Shown: positions 46,466 through 56,434 of the stretch, piece after piece | Position numbering within the stretch: position 1 is the stretch's first letter | Layout: each line of letters starts with the position of its first letter | From: Acutalibacteraceae bacterium | GTDB lineage: Bacteria; Bacillota; Clostridia; Oscillospirales; Acutalibacteraceae | Assembly: GCA_045538055.1 (NCBI GenBank) | Contig: JAZSQQ010000077.1 | Span: 20,365 to 84,364 of the forward strand | Length of the DNA stretch: 64,000 nt | Direction: 5' to 3' | The notes under the pieces: model-generated | The model's input: only the letters and a program-made list of their open reading frames with translations | Told to the model about the DNA's origin: nothing | Databases searched by the model: none | Position numbers and translations under genes: made by a program

Positions 46466-47896
46466 TCATTTCAACCTTTCACACAGCGGCAGGATTTCTT
46501 CGAGTTTGGCGACGATGCGCTTCTGTTCGGCAAGAGGCGGAAGTGGAACAAACAGCGAGTGGAGTGTTCCCGAAGACAATCCTTTAATGCCGATTCCTTT
46601 ACCATTGATCATTCCTGCATTCTTGTACAGGTAAAAAACATGATAGAAGTATTTGATGCTTAAATTTCCATAAGGACGCAGTCTGTGAATATGGTTTTGT
46701 ATTCGCATTGGAAAATCATAGTTCCAAATAGCAGCTCTACCAACATCGCCGCCTTCAAGAACCAGAAGGTCGCCTTTTTGAACAGTACATTTGTCAACCT
46801 CTGTTTCTGTAAATAGCATTGTTTTCAGTTTGTCAAGCGTGAAGCTGTTCCAGTATACATTTGAGGTTGTGATATATTCCATTGGGTTTCCGGATTTATC
46901 AGAAGAGTTCAATGCTTTTCCTGTATTATGTTGAAACAAATCACCTATATATACCCATTTCCAACTTTCCGGAATATCAAACGGGATTTCGTCCTCTGTA
47001 ATTTCGGATAGGGGCTTTTCTTTTTTGGTTTTGCCTGCTTTGATAAGAGATTGCTTTTCTGCCTGAATCTGCTGGAACAGTTCTTCTCCGGTGCCTTCTT
47101 CGGGGCGTTGCTCTACAAGCTTGCCCTGAATGGCCATTTGAAGGATAGATTTCTGCATATCCACAGGGAAACGCTTGTTGAAGTCTTCCAACTTGCTCCA
47201 TGCCTGTTCGTAGCGGTCAATCAGAGGCAACAATTCCTCAATTTTCGCCACAATGCGCTTCTGCTCTGCAAGCGGGGGTAGTGGTACAACCTGGTTTTTG
47301 ACCACATCACCTGTTATTGCTACAAAAGTGGTGCCAGTAGCTTTCTTAACAAAGATGTTTTCCATTGTTGCAAGCCAGTAGTAAACAAAATCTACAGAAA
47401 CACCACAAATAGGCTTTACAGCACACAAACCACGACCGATACAAATTTGTCTTTTGGTAATATTCACTTTGCCCACTGGAGCGCGGACACAAAGTAATAC
47501 AGAATTTGGTTCCGCATATTTAGTAGGCGCGGTAGTCTTTTGTGGGGAAAGTTGTAACTCCATCTTACCAAAATGGACTTTTCCCTGATGAAATTCTATT
47601 CCATCACCTATTTCTGATACAGTGTTACCGTCGGGAGATTGTCCCATTTCAAGACAAAACACCTCTCCTAATCTAACATGCCTCCAACTTTCAGGAATAT
47701 CGAATTGAATCTCGTCTTCAGTAATTTCAGGTAATAGCTTTTCTTTTTTAATTTTGCCTGATTTAATCAACACCTGCTTTTCTGTCCGGATCTGCTGAAA
47801 GAGTTCTTCGCCTGTGCCTTCTTCGGAAAGCTGAGGAACCAGTTTGCCCTGAATTGCCAACTGCAGAATACTTGCTTTTAATTCCTGCGGTGTCAT
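46466..47896 (-). CDS. hsdS: Type I restriction-modification specificity subunit
   Basis: 476 aa. Two variable target-recognition regions are separated by duplicated conserved repeats (LPPLAEQKRIVAKIEELLPLIDRYEQAW and LPPLAEQKRIVAKLEEILPLCERLK; AIQGKLV...EEGTGEELFQQI occurs twice). Confidence 0.9.
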   Translation of the reverse strand: MTPQELKASILQLAIQGKLVPQLSEEGTGEELFQQIRTEKQVLIKSGKIKKEKLLPEITEDEIQFDIPESWRHVRLGEVFCLEMGQSPDGNTVSEIGDGIEFHQGKVHFGKMELQLSPQKTTAPTKYAEPNSVLLCVRAPVGKVNITKRQICIGRGLCAVKPICGVSVDFVYYWLATMENIFVKKATGTTFVAITGDVVKNQVVPLPPLAEQKRIVAKIEELLPLIDRYEQAWSKLEDFNKRFPVDMQKSILQMAIQGKLVEQRPEEGTGEELFQQIQAEKQSLIKAGKTKKEKPLSEITEDEIPFDIPESWKWVYIGDLFQHNTGKALNSSDKSGNPMEYITTSNVYWNSFTLDKLKTMLFTETEVDKCTVQKGDLLVLEGGDVGRAAIWNYDFPMRIQNHIHRLRPYGNLSIKYFYHVFYLYKNAGMINGKGIGIKGLSSGTLHSLFVPLPPLAEQKRIVAKLEEILPLCERLK

Positions 47897-49413
47897 TCCT
47901 GACCACCTCCGAGAATTGCGGTTATATCAGCTAGCACACGGTCAATCTCTGCATTGAGAGATGCACGCTCGCCCTGATATCGCTGAATCAAATCCATTGG
48001 AGCAAGAATTTCTTCTTCTATGTGAGGATAGCCGCACTGGTCGAAGTTGTAACCCAGTTCTTCTGTCAACTGCTGAACCGTAAATTTCTTTGATTTATCA
48101 AAACCGTCAACAGTGATTTCTTGACGGTTGTTCCACCACTCAACAACAGGTGCAAAGTGTTCAACCTTCATAGGCTTGGTCTTTGAGAAATGTTTATAAC
48201 CTTCCGGCATATCCATACGGTAGAACCAAGTTTCTTCTGTCGGCTTTGTTCTGTCAAAGAAAAGGATATTGGTAGTAATTGATGTATAAGGCGCAAAAAC
48301 ACTACCCGGCATACGAATAACTGTATGCAGATTAAATTCTGATAAAAGTTTCTTTTTAAGATTTACCTTTGCATTATCTGTGCCGAAAAGGAAACCATCA
48401 GGCAGAATAACAGCAGCACGACCATATTTCTTTAAACGATACATAATAACTGCCATAAACAAGTCGGCTGTTTCACTGCTTGCAAGGTCATCAGGGAAGT
48501 GGTTTTTAACATCAGCTTTTTCACTTCCGCCATACGGAGGATTCATAAGAATAACATTAAACTGATCATCAACGGTATAGTCAAGAACATCTCTTAAAAG
48601 AGTGTTATCGTGAAAAACCTGAGGAATATCCAAACCGTGTAACAAGAGATTTGTTACACAGAGCATATAAGGAAACTGCTTCTTCTCAATACCGTAAACT
48701 GATTCACCGTACTTTTTAGCATCTGCAGTACTGTTAACTTGCTTCTGTAAAACTTTAAGCCAGCTTGTGATAAATCCACCTGTACCGCAAGCAAAGTCAG
48801 CCATCTTTTCACCGATTTTCGGCTGAATCATCTGTGCCATAAAATCAGTTACAGCACGAGGGGTATAAAATTCACCTGCAGAGCCTGCACTTTGTAATTC
48901 CTTAAGTATAGACTCATAAATCTCACCGAAAGCGTGGCTTTCTTCGTAGTCATCGAGTTCAAGTTCATCAATAACGTTGATAACCTGACGAAGAAGAACA
49001 CCGTCTTTCATATACTGGTTCGCATCGGCAAATGTTGTCTGAACAATAGCTTTTTTGATAGGTGTATCTGCAGTTACTTTAACACCTTCAATCAGAACAT
49101 TGCCTGATGAATCCTTGATATCAGTACCTTTAAGAACCGGGAAAAGAGTGTTGTTGACAAAATTCAGCAATGTATCACCCGTCATAGCTGAGCCTGATTT
49201 ATCATCATGTGCCCAGCTGCTCCAACGGCAGGGTTCGGGAATGATAGATTCATAATTTGTTTCATCAAATTCCCAGTCCTGTTCCTTTGCATCATATACT
49301 TTCAAAAAGAGCATCCATGCAATCTGCTCGATACGCTGTGCATCACCGTTGATACCGGCATCATTACGCATAATGTCACGGAGTCTTTTTATAAATCCTG
49401 ATAAATTACTCAT
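47893..49413 (-). CDS. hsdM: Type I R-M N6-adenine DNA methyltransferase subunit
   Basis: 506 aa. HsdM N-terminal region, FYTPRAV, DFACGTGGF, ILMNPPYG. Overlaps the hsdS start by 4 nt. Confidence 0.9.
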   Translation of the reverse strand: MSNLSGFIKRLRDIMRNDAGINGDAQRIEQIAWMLFLKVYDAKEQDWEFDETNYESIIPEPCRWSSWAHDDKSGSAMTGDTLLNFVNNTLFPVLKGTDIKDSSGNVLIEGVKVTADTPIKKAIVQTTFADANQYMKDGVLLRQVINVIDELELDDYEESHAFGEIYESILKELQSAGSAGEFYTPRAVTDFMAQMIQPKIGEKMADFACGTGGFITSWLKVLQKQVNSTADAKKYGESVYGIEKKQFPYMLCVTNLLLHGLDIPQVFHDNTLLRDVLDYTVDDQFNVILMNPPYGGSEKADVKNHFPDDLASSETADLFMAVIMYRLKKYGRAAVILPDGFLFGTDNAKVNLKKKLLSEFNLHTVIRMPGSVFAPYTSITTNILFFDRTKPTEETWFYRMDMPEGYKHFSKTKPMKVEHFAPVVEWWNNRQEITVDGFDKSKKFTVQQLTEELGYNFDQCGYPHIEEEILAPMDLIQRYQGERASLNAEIDRVLADITAILGGGQE

Positions 49414-49418
49414 TATAA

Positions 49419-50048
49419 TTAACCTGCGCTTTCTTCTATTTCCGAGAAGTCAAGAGGAATATCAATCCCCATTACATCTTTGATCCTTTTGTTTTGCTCT
49501 ATCTGCAATTCTTTTATCATTTCTCTTGTGGGATATATTTTATGTGGTTGGTCTGCATCTACTGTGCAATCAAAAGCGACATAAGGTGGCATATGCTTTT
49601 CTGCATAAAGAAATGGGTCATTATCATCGCTTTGCTGTTGATCGCTGGAATGGGAAAGATATTCAAAATGATAATCTTCGGCTTTAATCAAAGCAATTCC
49701 ATGTGATTTAGCGTATTCAATTGCACCACTTTGAAAATCACTAGTAGAAATTAAAATACCTTTTTGCGCACCAATGCTTTCAAGTTTCCGATGTAAAATA
49801 GCAACCTTATCTCTATTTACCCTGTTTTTGTATTTCTTGCATTCACATAAAACTTTATGATGCACACCCAAAGCAGTATATTCAATATAAACATCAATTT
49901 GATATTTACCATCAGGTGCTTTGATTTTTGTATCGTGTGTTATTTTAAAATCTGGCAACTTTTCTTTTTCTGCATACCCCTTTAAAAATTCACAACAATA
50001 TTTCTCAAATTCTGTTGGTGTAAGCTCATAAATACTTTTACGTTCCAT
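49419..50048 (-). CDS. Mrr-like restriction endonuclease domain protein embedded in the type I R-M operon
   Basis: 209 aa. TPTEFEKYCCEFL...DGKYQIDVYIEY...VLCECKKYKNRV (D...E-x-K), then ISTSDFQSGAIEYA. Confidence 0.7.
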   Translation of the reverse strand: MERKSIYELTPTEFEKYCCEFLKGYAEKEKLPDFKITHDTKIKAPDGKYQIDVYIEYTALGVHHKVLCECKKYKNRVNRDKVAILHRKLESIGAQKGILISTSDFQSGAIEYAKSHGIALIKAEDYHFEYLSHSSDQQQSDDNDPFLYAEKHMPPYVAFDCTVDADQPHKIYPTREMIKELQIEQNKRIKDVMGIDIPLDFSEIEESAG

Positions 50049-50065
50049 TCAACCACCTTTGATCT

Positions 50066-52447
50066 TTAACTTGCTTTATACAATTCTTCTTCCAATTCTT
50101 TTATAGCTTTAAGATAGCCGTCCTTTCCGCCAAAATAGTTCGCAATTTTTGAAGGTTTGCCGAACTTCTTAAACGGATCAAGCTGAAGAATTTCAGTCTT
50201 CTCTATTTCATAAATACCGGTATTCATATATTTATCAAGTAAAGCCTCAAGCACTTCTCTTGCAACACCACTGTATTTGCTCAAGAAATCACGCTTTTTA
50301 ACATTGTTTGCTCTCTCTCGGCGGGTAAGCGGTTTCTGGTCATAAGCAACATGACAAATGAAGTCAAAGTCATCCACATCGCTCAATCCCTGATCAGCTT
50401 TCATCTGCTCAAGATCAATACCTTGTTCTCTCAGCAATTCACGAATTGCTTCTTTCTTTTCTTCACCTGTCCATTTAAGAATGAAGTTATCAAGAGACGC
50501 GTATTTGCCGAGAATGTTTGACTTTGTATAGTCAACAATGCTTTCCTGACGAAGAAGTTTCCCATCAGAATCGTATACCTCTACACGTTTACCGATAATA
50601 TGAACATCACAACCGTTTTCATCAACAATGGGTTTGATTCTTGGCTGTGGAGGAGTGTCGGGACCTGTGCCTCCTCCGGGTGTGTCAGGTCCTGTTCCGC
50701 CTTTCTTCTTCGGGTTTGGATCATATCCGTCAACCATCTCAATAGGTCCGTCCCAATCAGGGTCAGAGAACAATCTTGTAACGTTACGGAAATCCATAAC
50801 AACAAAGTGACTCTTACCTTCTTTCTCTCTAAGACGAGTGCCACGACCGATAATCTGCTTAAACTCAGTCATTGAGCTTATCATTTCATCGAGAACTATA
50901 AGCTTAGTCATTTTGCAGTCTGCACCTGTTGAAAGGAGCTTTGATGTTGTGGCAATAACTGGGCCTTCGGGATTAACTGAAATAAAATATTTCAATTTGC
51001 TCTTACCATAAGGGTCTGAACCGGTAATTCTGACTACATAGTCAGGATTATCTTTACACATATCAGCGTTTAGATTGGTAAGAGCAGTTCTCATTCTGTC
51101 TGCATGGTCTTCGTTAGCACAGAACACGATAGTTTTCTGCATTCTGTCAGTGCTTTTAAGATATTCTGTTATTTCTTTTGCAACCTCAAAAGTACGGTCT
51201 TCAAGAATAATGTTGTAATCAAAATCACTATTAGTGTAAATTCGGTCTTCAATTTCATTACCGAATTTATCTCTCTGACCATAGCATGGGCGCCAACCTT
51301 CACCGATATCGGTTTTGATGTTGATAACTTTAAAAGGTGCGAGGAAACCGTCTTCAATACCTTCACGAAGGCTATATGTATATACAGGCTCACCGAAGTA
51401 ATCAATATTTGAAATATACTTTGTTTCCTTTGGTGTTGCTGTCATACCTATCTGAGTTGCAGATGAGAAGTATTCAAGAATCTTTCGCCAGTTGCTATCC
51501 TTTTTAGCGGAACCTCTGTGACACTCATCTACGATAATGAGGTCAAAGAAATCTTTGCTGAACAGCTGTGCAAAACGCTCTACTGCATCTTCACCAGAGG
51601 TTTCATCTTCTTCATCAGCATTATTGCCTGCAAGCTGCTGATAGAGTGAGAAATATACTTCGTGAGAAGTTATAGTAACGGGGTCATCCTTTGCAAAATT
51701 GATTTTATGAATCGTTTTTTCAAGCGGTGAAAAGTCCTGCTGAATAGACTGGTCAACAAGAATGTTTCTATCCGCAAGATATAAAACCTTCTTCTTTAAA
51801 CCACTTTTAAGCAAACGGTAAACAATCTGAAATGCAGTATATGTTTTACCCGTACCTGTTGCCATTACAAGCAACAGACGATCTTGTCCTTTTGCTATTG
51901 CTTCTACAGTACGGTTGATAGCATTACGCTGATAATAACGAGGAGCGTAAGTGTTCTGACTCGAATAGTAAGGCTGTGCAATAACTTTTCTCTCATTATC
52001 AGAAATGCCTTCACCGTCATTAGCTCCGACTTCCCAACGAGCAGTCAACTCCTCAACTGTGGGGAACTCGTCCATAGCTAAAGTTCTTTCTTTTCCTGTA
52101 AGGAAATCATACTCCTGAAAACCATCACCGTTAGAACTGTACGCAAACGGTACGTCAAGCATCAACGCATATAATTTTGCTTGTTGTAAGCCATAGGAAA
52201 TAGAGTGATTATTATCCTTTGCTTCAACAATAGCAATAGGTTTATATTTATTAAGATATAAAACATAGTCTGCCTTTTTGGGCTTTTCTCTTGCAACAAG
52301 ATTACCTTTAATGTTGACTCTACCGTCAGTTATCCTTGTTTCCATGGTAATACGGTCAAGACCCCATTTACCCTGAATAGCAGGAGTTATGTAGTGAAGT
52401 TTTATGTCTTCTTCTGTCATTTGCTTTTTATTTAATATGGGACCCAT
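50066..52447 (-). CDS. hsdR: Type I restriction enzyme R subunit
   Basis: 793 aa. N-terminal nuclease region ADYVLY...IVEAKD, helicase motifs MATGTGKT and IVDECHRG, and a C-terminal EcoEI-R-like tail. Confidence 0.9.
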   Translation of the reverse strand: MGPILNKKQMTEEDIKLHYITPAIQGKWGLDRITMETRITDGRVNIKGNLVAREKPKKADYVLYLNKYKPIAIVEAKDNNHSISYGLQQAKLYALMLDVPFAYSSNGDGFQEYDFLTGKERTLAMDEFPTVEELTARWEVGANDGEGISDNERKVIAQPYYSSQNTYAPRYYQRNAINRTVEAIAKGQDRLLLVMATGTGKTYTAFQIVYRLLKSGLKKKVLYLADRNILVDQSIQQDFSPLEKTIHKINFAKDDPVTITSHEVYFSLYQQLAGNNADEEDETSGEDAVERFAQLFSKDFFDLIIVDECHRGSAKKDSNWRKILEYFSSATQIGMTATPKETKYISNIDYFGEPVYTYSLREGIEDGFLAPFKVINIKTDIGEGWRPCYGQRDKFGNEIEDRIYTNSDFDYNIILEDRTFEVAKEITEYLKSTDRMQKTIVFCANEDHADRMRTALTNLNADMCKDNPDYVVRITGSDPYGKSKLKYFISVNPEGPVIATTSKLLSTGADCKMTKLIVLDEMISSMTEFKQIIGRGTRLREKEGKSHFVVMDFRNVTRLFSDPDWDGPIEMVDGYDPNPKKKGGTGPDTPGGGTGPDTPPQPRIKPIVDENGCDVHIIGKRVEVYDSDGKLLRQESIVDYTKSNILGKYASLDNFILKWTGEEKKEAIRELLREQGIDLEQMKADQGLSDVDDFDFICHVAYDQKPLTRRERANNVKKRDFLSKYSGVAREVLEALLDKYMNTGIYEIEKTEILQLDPFKKFGKPSKIANYFGGKDGYLKAIKELEEELYKAS

Positions 52448-52525
52448 TTTGTGTCCTCCTTGTTATGACTGCTACAAGTGTTTTGTAGCTACTTTTAGTT
52501 TAGTCTTTTACATTTCAACTCATTA

Positions 52526-53383
52526 TTAATGATTGCACTGTATAGCATTTATTTTGGATTTTAATTCTTTAACTTTTATGGCTCTATCTACATTATCTAA
52601 AGTCAAAAAAGCTAGCAATATCATTTGATATAACTCGTCATACCATTTTTCGAGTCTCTGTTTGCTCATTTTTGCAACATATTCTTTATATTTTCCTTTA
52701 TCTTTTTTACTTCGATTATTATGTCGAATATTCATGTTATTCAACATAAAGAAAATATCTTCGGATAGTTGCTTGTTAACTGCTTGAAGTTCTTTACGTT
52801 TTGGCTCTAATTCAGCACCTAAAGATATTAAAATGGTTTTCTTTAACTCAATTTCACCTTGTAAAGAACGATGGTTATATCGAATGATATCCAAAGCCAA
52901 GTTTTCTTCTATTATTTCGGCAACAGCAGTTACCTCGGGTTTATGTTCTATGATCAATACTTGATCACCGTCCACATAAGCTGTATGGTTATACTTTTCA
53001 ATGTTATCAAGCATTACATCGTGAAGATGATAAAAATTGTTTTGCCAACGACTGTCTGATGATTTGTCTTGCAAATCATTATGGGCCAAAAGCCAAAAGT
53101 TATATGTTAACTCAATTAGCGTGATGAATGAATCCGTGTCTCCTTGTTTCGCAGAGTCTTTTAAATCCATATATTTAACAGATTGAAGATAATCTTTTAC
53201 ATCAATAAAATGTCCTCTTTTACTCCATTTTTTGAAACAATATTTGTCAACGAAATCAAAAACTGAATGGCTATAAGGTCGATAGTACATATTTTTCTCT
53301 TCTAATGACATTGATACAATTCGATCCACTTCATTAGACATATTTATTGATTGTTCTGCTATGTCAAAAATACTTCGTCTCAC
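52526..53383 (-). CDS. Hypothetical 285-aa protein between hsdR and the GmrSD-like gene
   Basis: Clean ORF with no recognisable motif. The C-terminal half looks helical and coiled-coil-like. Confidence 0.5.
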   Translation of the reverse strand: MRRSIFDIAEQSINMSNEVDRIVSMSLEEKNMYYRPYSHSVFDFVDKYCFKKWSKRGHFIDVKDYLQSVKYMDLKDSAKQGDTDSFITLIELTYNFWLLAHNDLQDKSSDSRWQNNFYHLHDVMLDNIEKYNHTAYVDGDQVLIIEHKPEVTAVAEIIEENLALDIIRYNHRSLQGEIELKKTILISLGAELEPKRKELQAVNKQLSEDIFFMLNNMNIRHNNRSKKDKGKYKEYVAKMSKQRLEKWYDELYQMILLAFLTLDNVDRAIKVKELKSKINAIQCNH

Positions 53384-53502
53384 TACGTTCCTCCTTTAAC
53401 AGAAACTTATCTTTTAAATTGATATTTTTTTATGTGATTTCGGTTTACATAAAACAACCTGTTAAATGTTCTAAATTTAAGAATTATTTAATCGTTTTAG
53501 AT

Positions 53503-55350
53503 TTACCACTTATACATATCCATCAAAGTTGCAACAATCTTGTCTGTACGGTCCTTGATTTTATCTACAGTCCAAGTATTTTCAGTTACAACATCCTGAT
53601 TTAAGAACAGACCGTTTCGATAACCGATATCTTTTGTCTTGTCTTTAGATTTTCTATCCTTCTTATGTTCAAAAGACATGTTTGAAAGGTTTTGGTTATA
53701 ACCGGTAATTGTTAAATTACCCAGTGTATGTACATAATCAAATCTATATTGCTTTGCTTTTGCTGCATCACCATCCGCAATCATATTTACCCAATCAGAC
53801 GGTATGTTTTCACCTTCGGGGAAAATATGTTCAATTGTCCAGATATACTTGTTGCTACTGTCTCTTGACCATAAATCAGAATATATTTCTTTTGTCTGAT
53901 GCTGAGCTTCGATGCTGCAAAGCACAAAACGAGTAGCTTCAGGGTTTTCATCATAGATAGGACCACGCAGTTTATCTTCAAACATTTCATCGGTGGCAGA
54001 GACATTTTTCAACATCTCTTTAACAGCGTTTACAATGTCTGTTCCAGATTCAGTCTTGATTTTTAAAATTATATCTATAAATAACTGTGTGAGCTTACGA
54101 GTGTTGGGTACATCAGTAAGATTACGACGAACAAAGAATATTATTAGTGTTTCAACTATTTCTTTTATGGAATCATCGGTAAGTGCTAAAGCTTCCTGAT
54201 TAGTGAGTAAATACATTAAGAGAATATATGAAGGAGCACCTGAGATTCTTGCAAGATTTTGCATGCTTGATGTATATACATAATCGTCATCAGTGTTATT
54301 CACAAGAATTGCATATTTGGATGCTTTCTCCAACAAATCATTCAACAAATCCTGATAATTATGTTTTATCATTTTTTCATAAATATCGATCAATGTAGTT
54401 CTAGTAGCCAAGTAACCAAGATAATATTTCTTGTCGCCATCTTTATATGGCTCATTAAGTTCATCTCTGAAAGCATTGTAGAATTGTCTAAAGAAACGCT
54501 CTTGAATCGAATAGTCGTCCTGACCAACATATTTCAAAATTTGTTTCCATTGCTCATAAGCATTATCCGCATCTGATGAGTTTTCTGCCTGAGCAATGAG
54601 TGAGTTTTTTATAAGGTCAAGAGCAGAGAGTGGAACACCTCTGTGGTTTAATGATTCAAAAAGCATATATGCATCCTTATTAGTGTCAACTTCAATTCCA
54701 ACTAATACGGCTGCTTCAAATTTTCTAACAATCTGAAATAAAGCTCCAATATCAGAAAAATTTGGATTTTCTGCTTTGATTTCAGCGATTTCTTCATTTA
54801 TAAGTTTAATAAAGTGTCTGTAAGCTTTAGCGATTCTTCTATTACCAAAATTATACGGCTTGTTTTTAGGTGCGGTAATAATTCCGTTGTCAGCCAAGAT
54901 GAATGTGTAATCTTCATCATTAGAATTCTGCTTCTGCAAGAGAAGTCTCTGTGTATATTCAGTTATCTTACTTCCGTTCGGAGTAAACTTTTGATTTTTG
55001 TTAGCAAGTTCATTTCGAAGATTTGCTAAGTCACTTAAATCATCTTCGTCCATTTCGCTTTTTCGACTTGCCAATTCAAAATATAAAGCGGCAAGTAAAA
55101 GGGTAATTGTAGAAAAACGTTGTTGTCCATCAATCACTTCTAAAGTTGTTCCTTTTAATGAACCGCTATTCACACAAATATATGAGCCTAAGAAATATCC
55201 AGCATCGTTCTCAGTTACATCTTTAAACAAAGCATCCCATTCCTTGATGCCCCAAGTATATTCTCTTTGATACTTAGGAATTCGGTACACTTTGTCACTT
55301 GAAATAGAAAATACATCTGCAATTGTAGTTTGTGAAACAGTTTTAATCAT
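53503..55350 (-). CDS. DUF262/DUF1524 (GmrSD-family) type IV restriction-like enzyme
   Basis: 615 aa. N-terminal IPKYQREYTW and VIDGQQRFSTITLL (DUF262, ParB-like). C-terminal WTIEHIFPEG...GNLTITGYNQNLSN (a His-Me finger as in DUF1524). Confidence 0.85.
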   Translation of the reverse strand: MIKTVSQTTIADVFSISSDKVYRIPKYQREYTWGIKEWDALFKDVTENDAGYFLGSYICVNSGSLKGTTLEVIDGQQRFSTITLLLAALYFELASRKSEMDEDDLSDLANLRNELANKNQKFTPNGSKITEYTQRLLLQKQNSNDEDYTFILADNGIITAPKNKPYNFGNRRIAKAYRHFIKLINEEIAEIKAENPNFSDIGALFQIVRKFEAAVLVGIEVDTNKDAYMLFESLNHRGVPLSALDLIKNSLIAQAENSSDADNAYEQWKQILKYVGQDDYSIQERFFRQFYNAFRDELNEPYKDGDKKYYLGYLATRTTLIDIYEKMIKHNYQDLLNDLLEKASKYAILVNNTDDDYVYTSSMQNLARISGAPSYILLMYLLTNQEALALTDDSIKEIVETLIIFFVRRNLTDVPNTRKLTQLFIDIILKIKTESGTDIVNAVKEMLKNVSATDEMFEDKLRGPIYDENPEATRFVLCSIEAQHQTKEIYSDLWSRDSSNKYIWTIEHIFPEGENIPSDWVNMIADGDAAKAKQYRFDYVHTLGNLTITGYNQNLSNMSFEHKKDRKSKDKTKDIGYRNGLFLNQDVVTENTWTVDKIKDRTDKIVATLMDMYKW

Positions 55351-55368
55351 ATTTTTACTCCTTACATT

Positions 55369-55575
55369 TTACTCTTCCGCAACAAATTCCATAATATCAT
55401 CTACACCGCAATCGAGGGCTTTGCAGATTTTGCCGAGGGTTTCGACGGTAACGTTTTCTCCTTTGCTCATTTTTGTAATTGTGTAGTTGCTGATATCGGC
55501 GACCTTTGCAAGGTCCTTTTTCTTCATATCGTGATCAATCAGAAGCTTCCATAATTTCTTATAACTTACAGACAT
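55369..55575 (-). CDS. XRE-family HTH regulator preceding the GmrSD-like gene
   Basis: 68 aa, LIDHDMKKKDLAKVADISNYTITKMSKGENVTVETLGKICKAL. Confidence 0.8.
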   Translation of the reverse strand: MSVSYKKLWKLLIDHDMKKKDLAKVADISNYTITKMSKGENVTVETLGKICKALDCGVDDIMEFVAEE

Positions 55576-55590
55576 AATTACACCTCAGAA

Positions 55591-55621
55591 AGAATATAAT
55601 TTTACTTCTACATTATATTCT
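55591..55621. promoter_or_regulatory. Perfect 10-bp inverted repeat operator overlapping the XRE promoter
   Basis: AGAATATAAT-N11-ATTATATTCT lies 15 nt upstream of the XRE start. A TATAAT hexamer is present on the minus strand within it. Confidence 0.55.
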
Positions 55622-55853
55622 TCTTGAATAGCTTTTGCAAGAAAAAATGAAGCGAAAACTAAATTTTTATTCAAAAGACCTACAATGTGCACATATATTC
55701 CCTGAAGTGTCTGTGAAGACATACTTTTCCTATATATATAAATGACTAAAATCGCAGAATGTCACATATAATTTTCAGTTTCTTACAATGTTCTACCTTT
55801 TACACAGTACAAGGTAATACAGATTGTGCAGTATTACGACAGAAAACGACAAA

Positions 55854-55883
55854 ATCGGCAGAGAGATTATTCTCCCTGCCGAT
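55854..55883 (-). terminator. Hairpin terminator after the 151-aa gene
   Basis: ATCGGCAGAGAG-ATTATT-CTCCCTGCCGAT (one mismatch). An A-run on the plus strand gives a U-run on the minus-strand transcript. Confidence 0.5.
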
Positions 55884-55921
55884 TGCGGTTATCAGTTAAA
55901 ACTAAAAATATTTTGATGTAA

Positions 55922-56377
55922 TTAACATTCCAGCTTCTTGTTTCGATCGATTATCTCATTAGCACACTCAACGAACTTGCTGACGTCTGCTTCATGCAGA
56001 GTATCATACATTGACAATACGGTTGAAACAGAAAGTCCGCACTTTACGATGTCTTCAAAAGTTTGGTTTGTTTTCCATTGGTAATATGCGAGAATCCAAC
56101 CTGCCCAATACTCTCTGCCGAAGGCTATTGGCGTTGTGGGGTCTTTATATTCATAGGGTATATTCAATTCTCTGAGTATCAATAATGCGAGTTCATAGCC
56201 TGATATACCGGCGGTATATTGAGGATTACCGTGTCCGAATAACCGCGCATATCCTGATGTGATAAATAGGTTAAAAAATTCATCAGGCTCAAAGCCTAAG
56301 TCGCAGACGGTATATTCAATCATTACTCCGAGATTTTCCATTGCTTCATCTATGTATAATTCGTTATAAGCTTCCAT
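55922..56377 (-). CDS. Hypothetical 151-aa protein in the mobile-element backbone
   Basis: Clean ORF within the backbone module. No motif I can name with confidence. Confidence 0.5.
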   Translation of the reverse strand: MEAYNELYIDEAMENLGVMIEYTVCDLGFEPDEFFNLFITSGYARLFGHGNPQYTAGISGYELALLILRELNIPYEYKDPTTPIAFGREYWAGWILAYYQWKTNQTFEDIVKCGLSVSTVLSMYDTLHEADVSKFVECANEIIDRNKKLEC

Positions 56378-56434
56378 ATTTAATATCCTTTCTTCTGTGA
56401 GGAGTAGCAGAGTTTTCTGCTACTCCTGTTTTAG

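Noticed and set aside
50649-50701. 24-nt tandem duplication inside hsdR encoding GGTGPDTP twice
   Set aside because: It is a short low-complexity linker between HsdR domains, and there is no evidence of variability from a single sequence.
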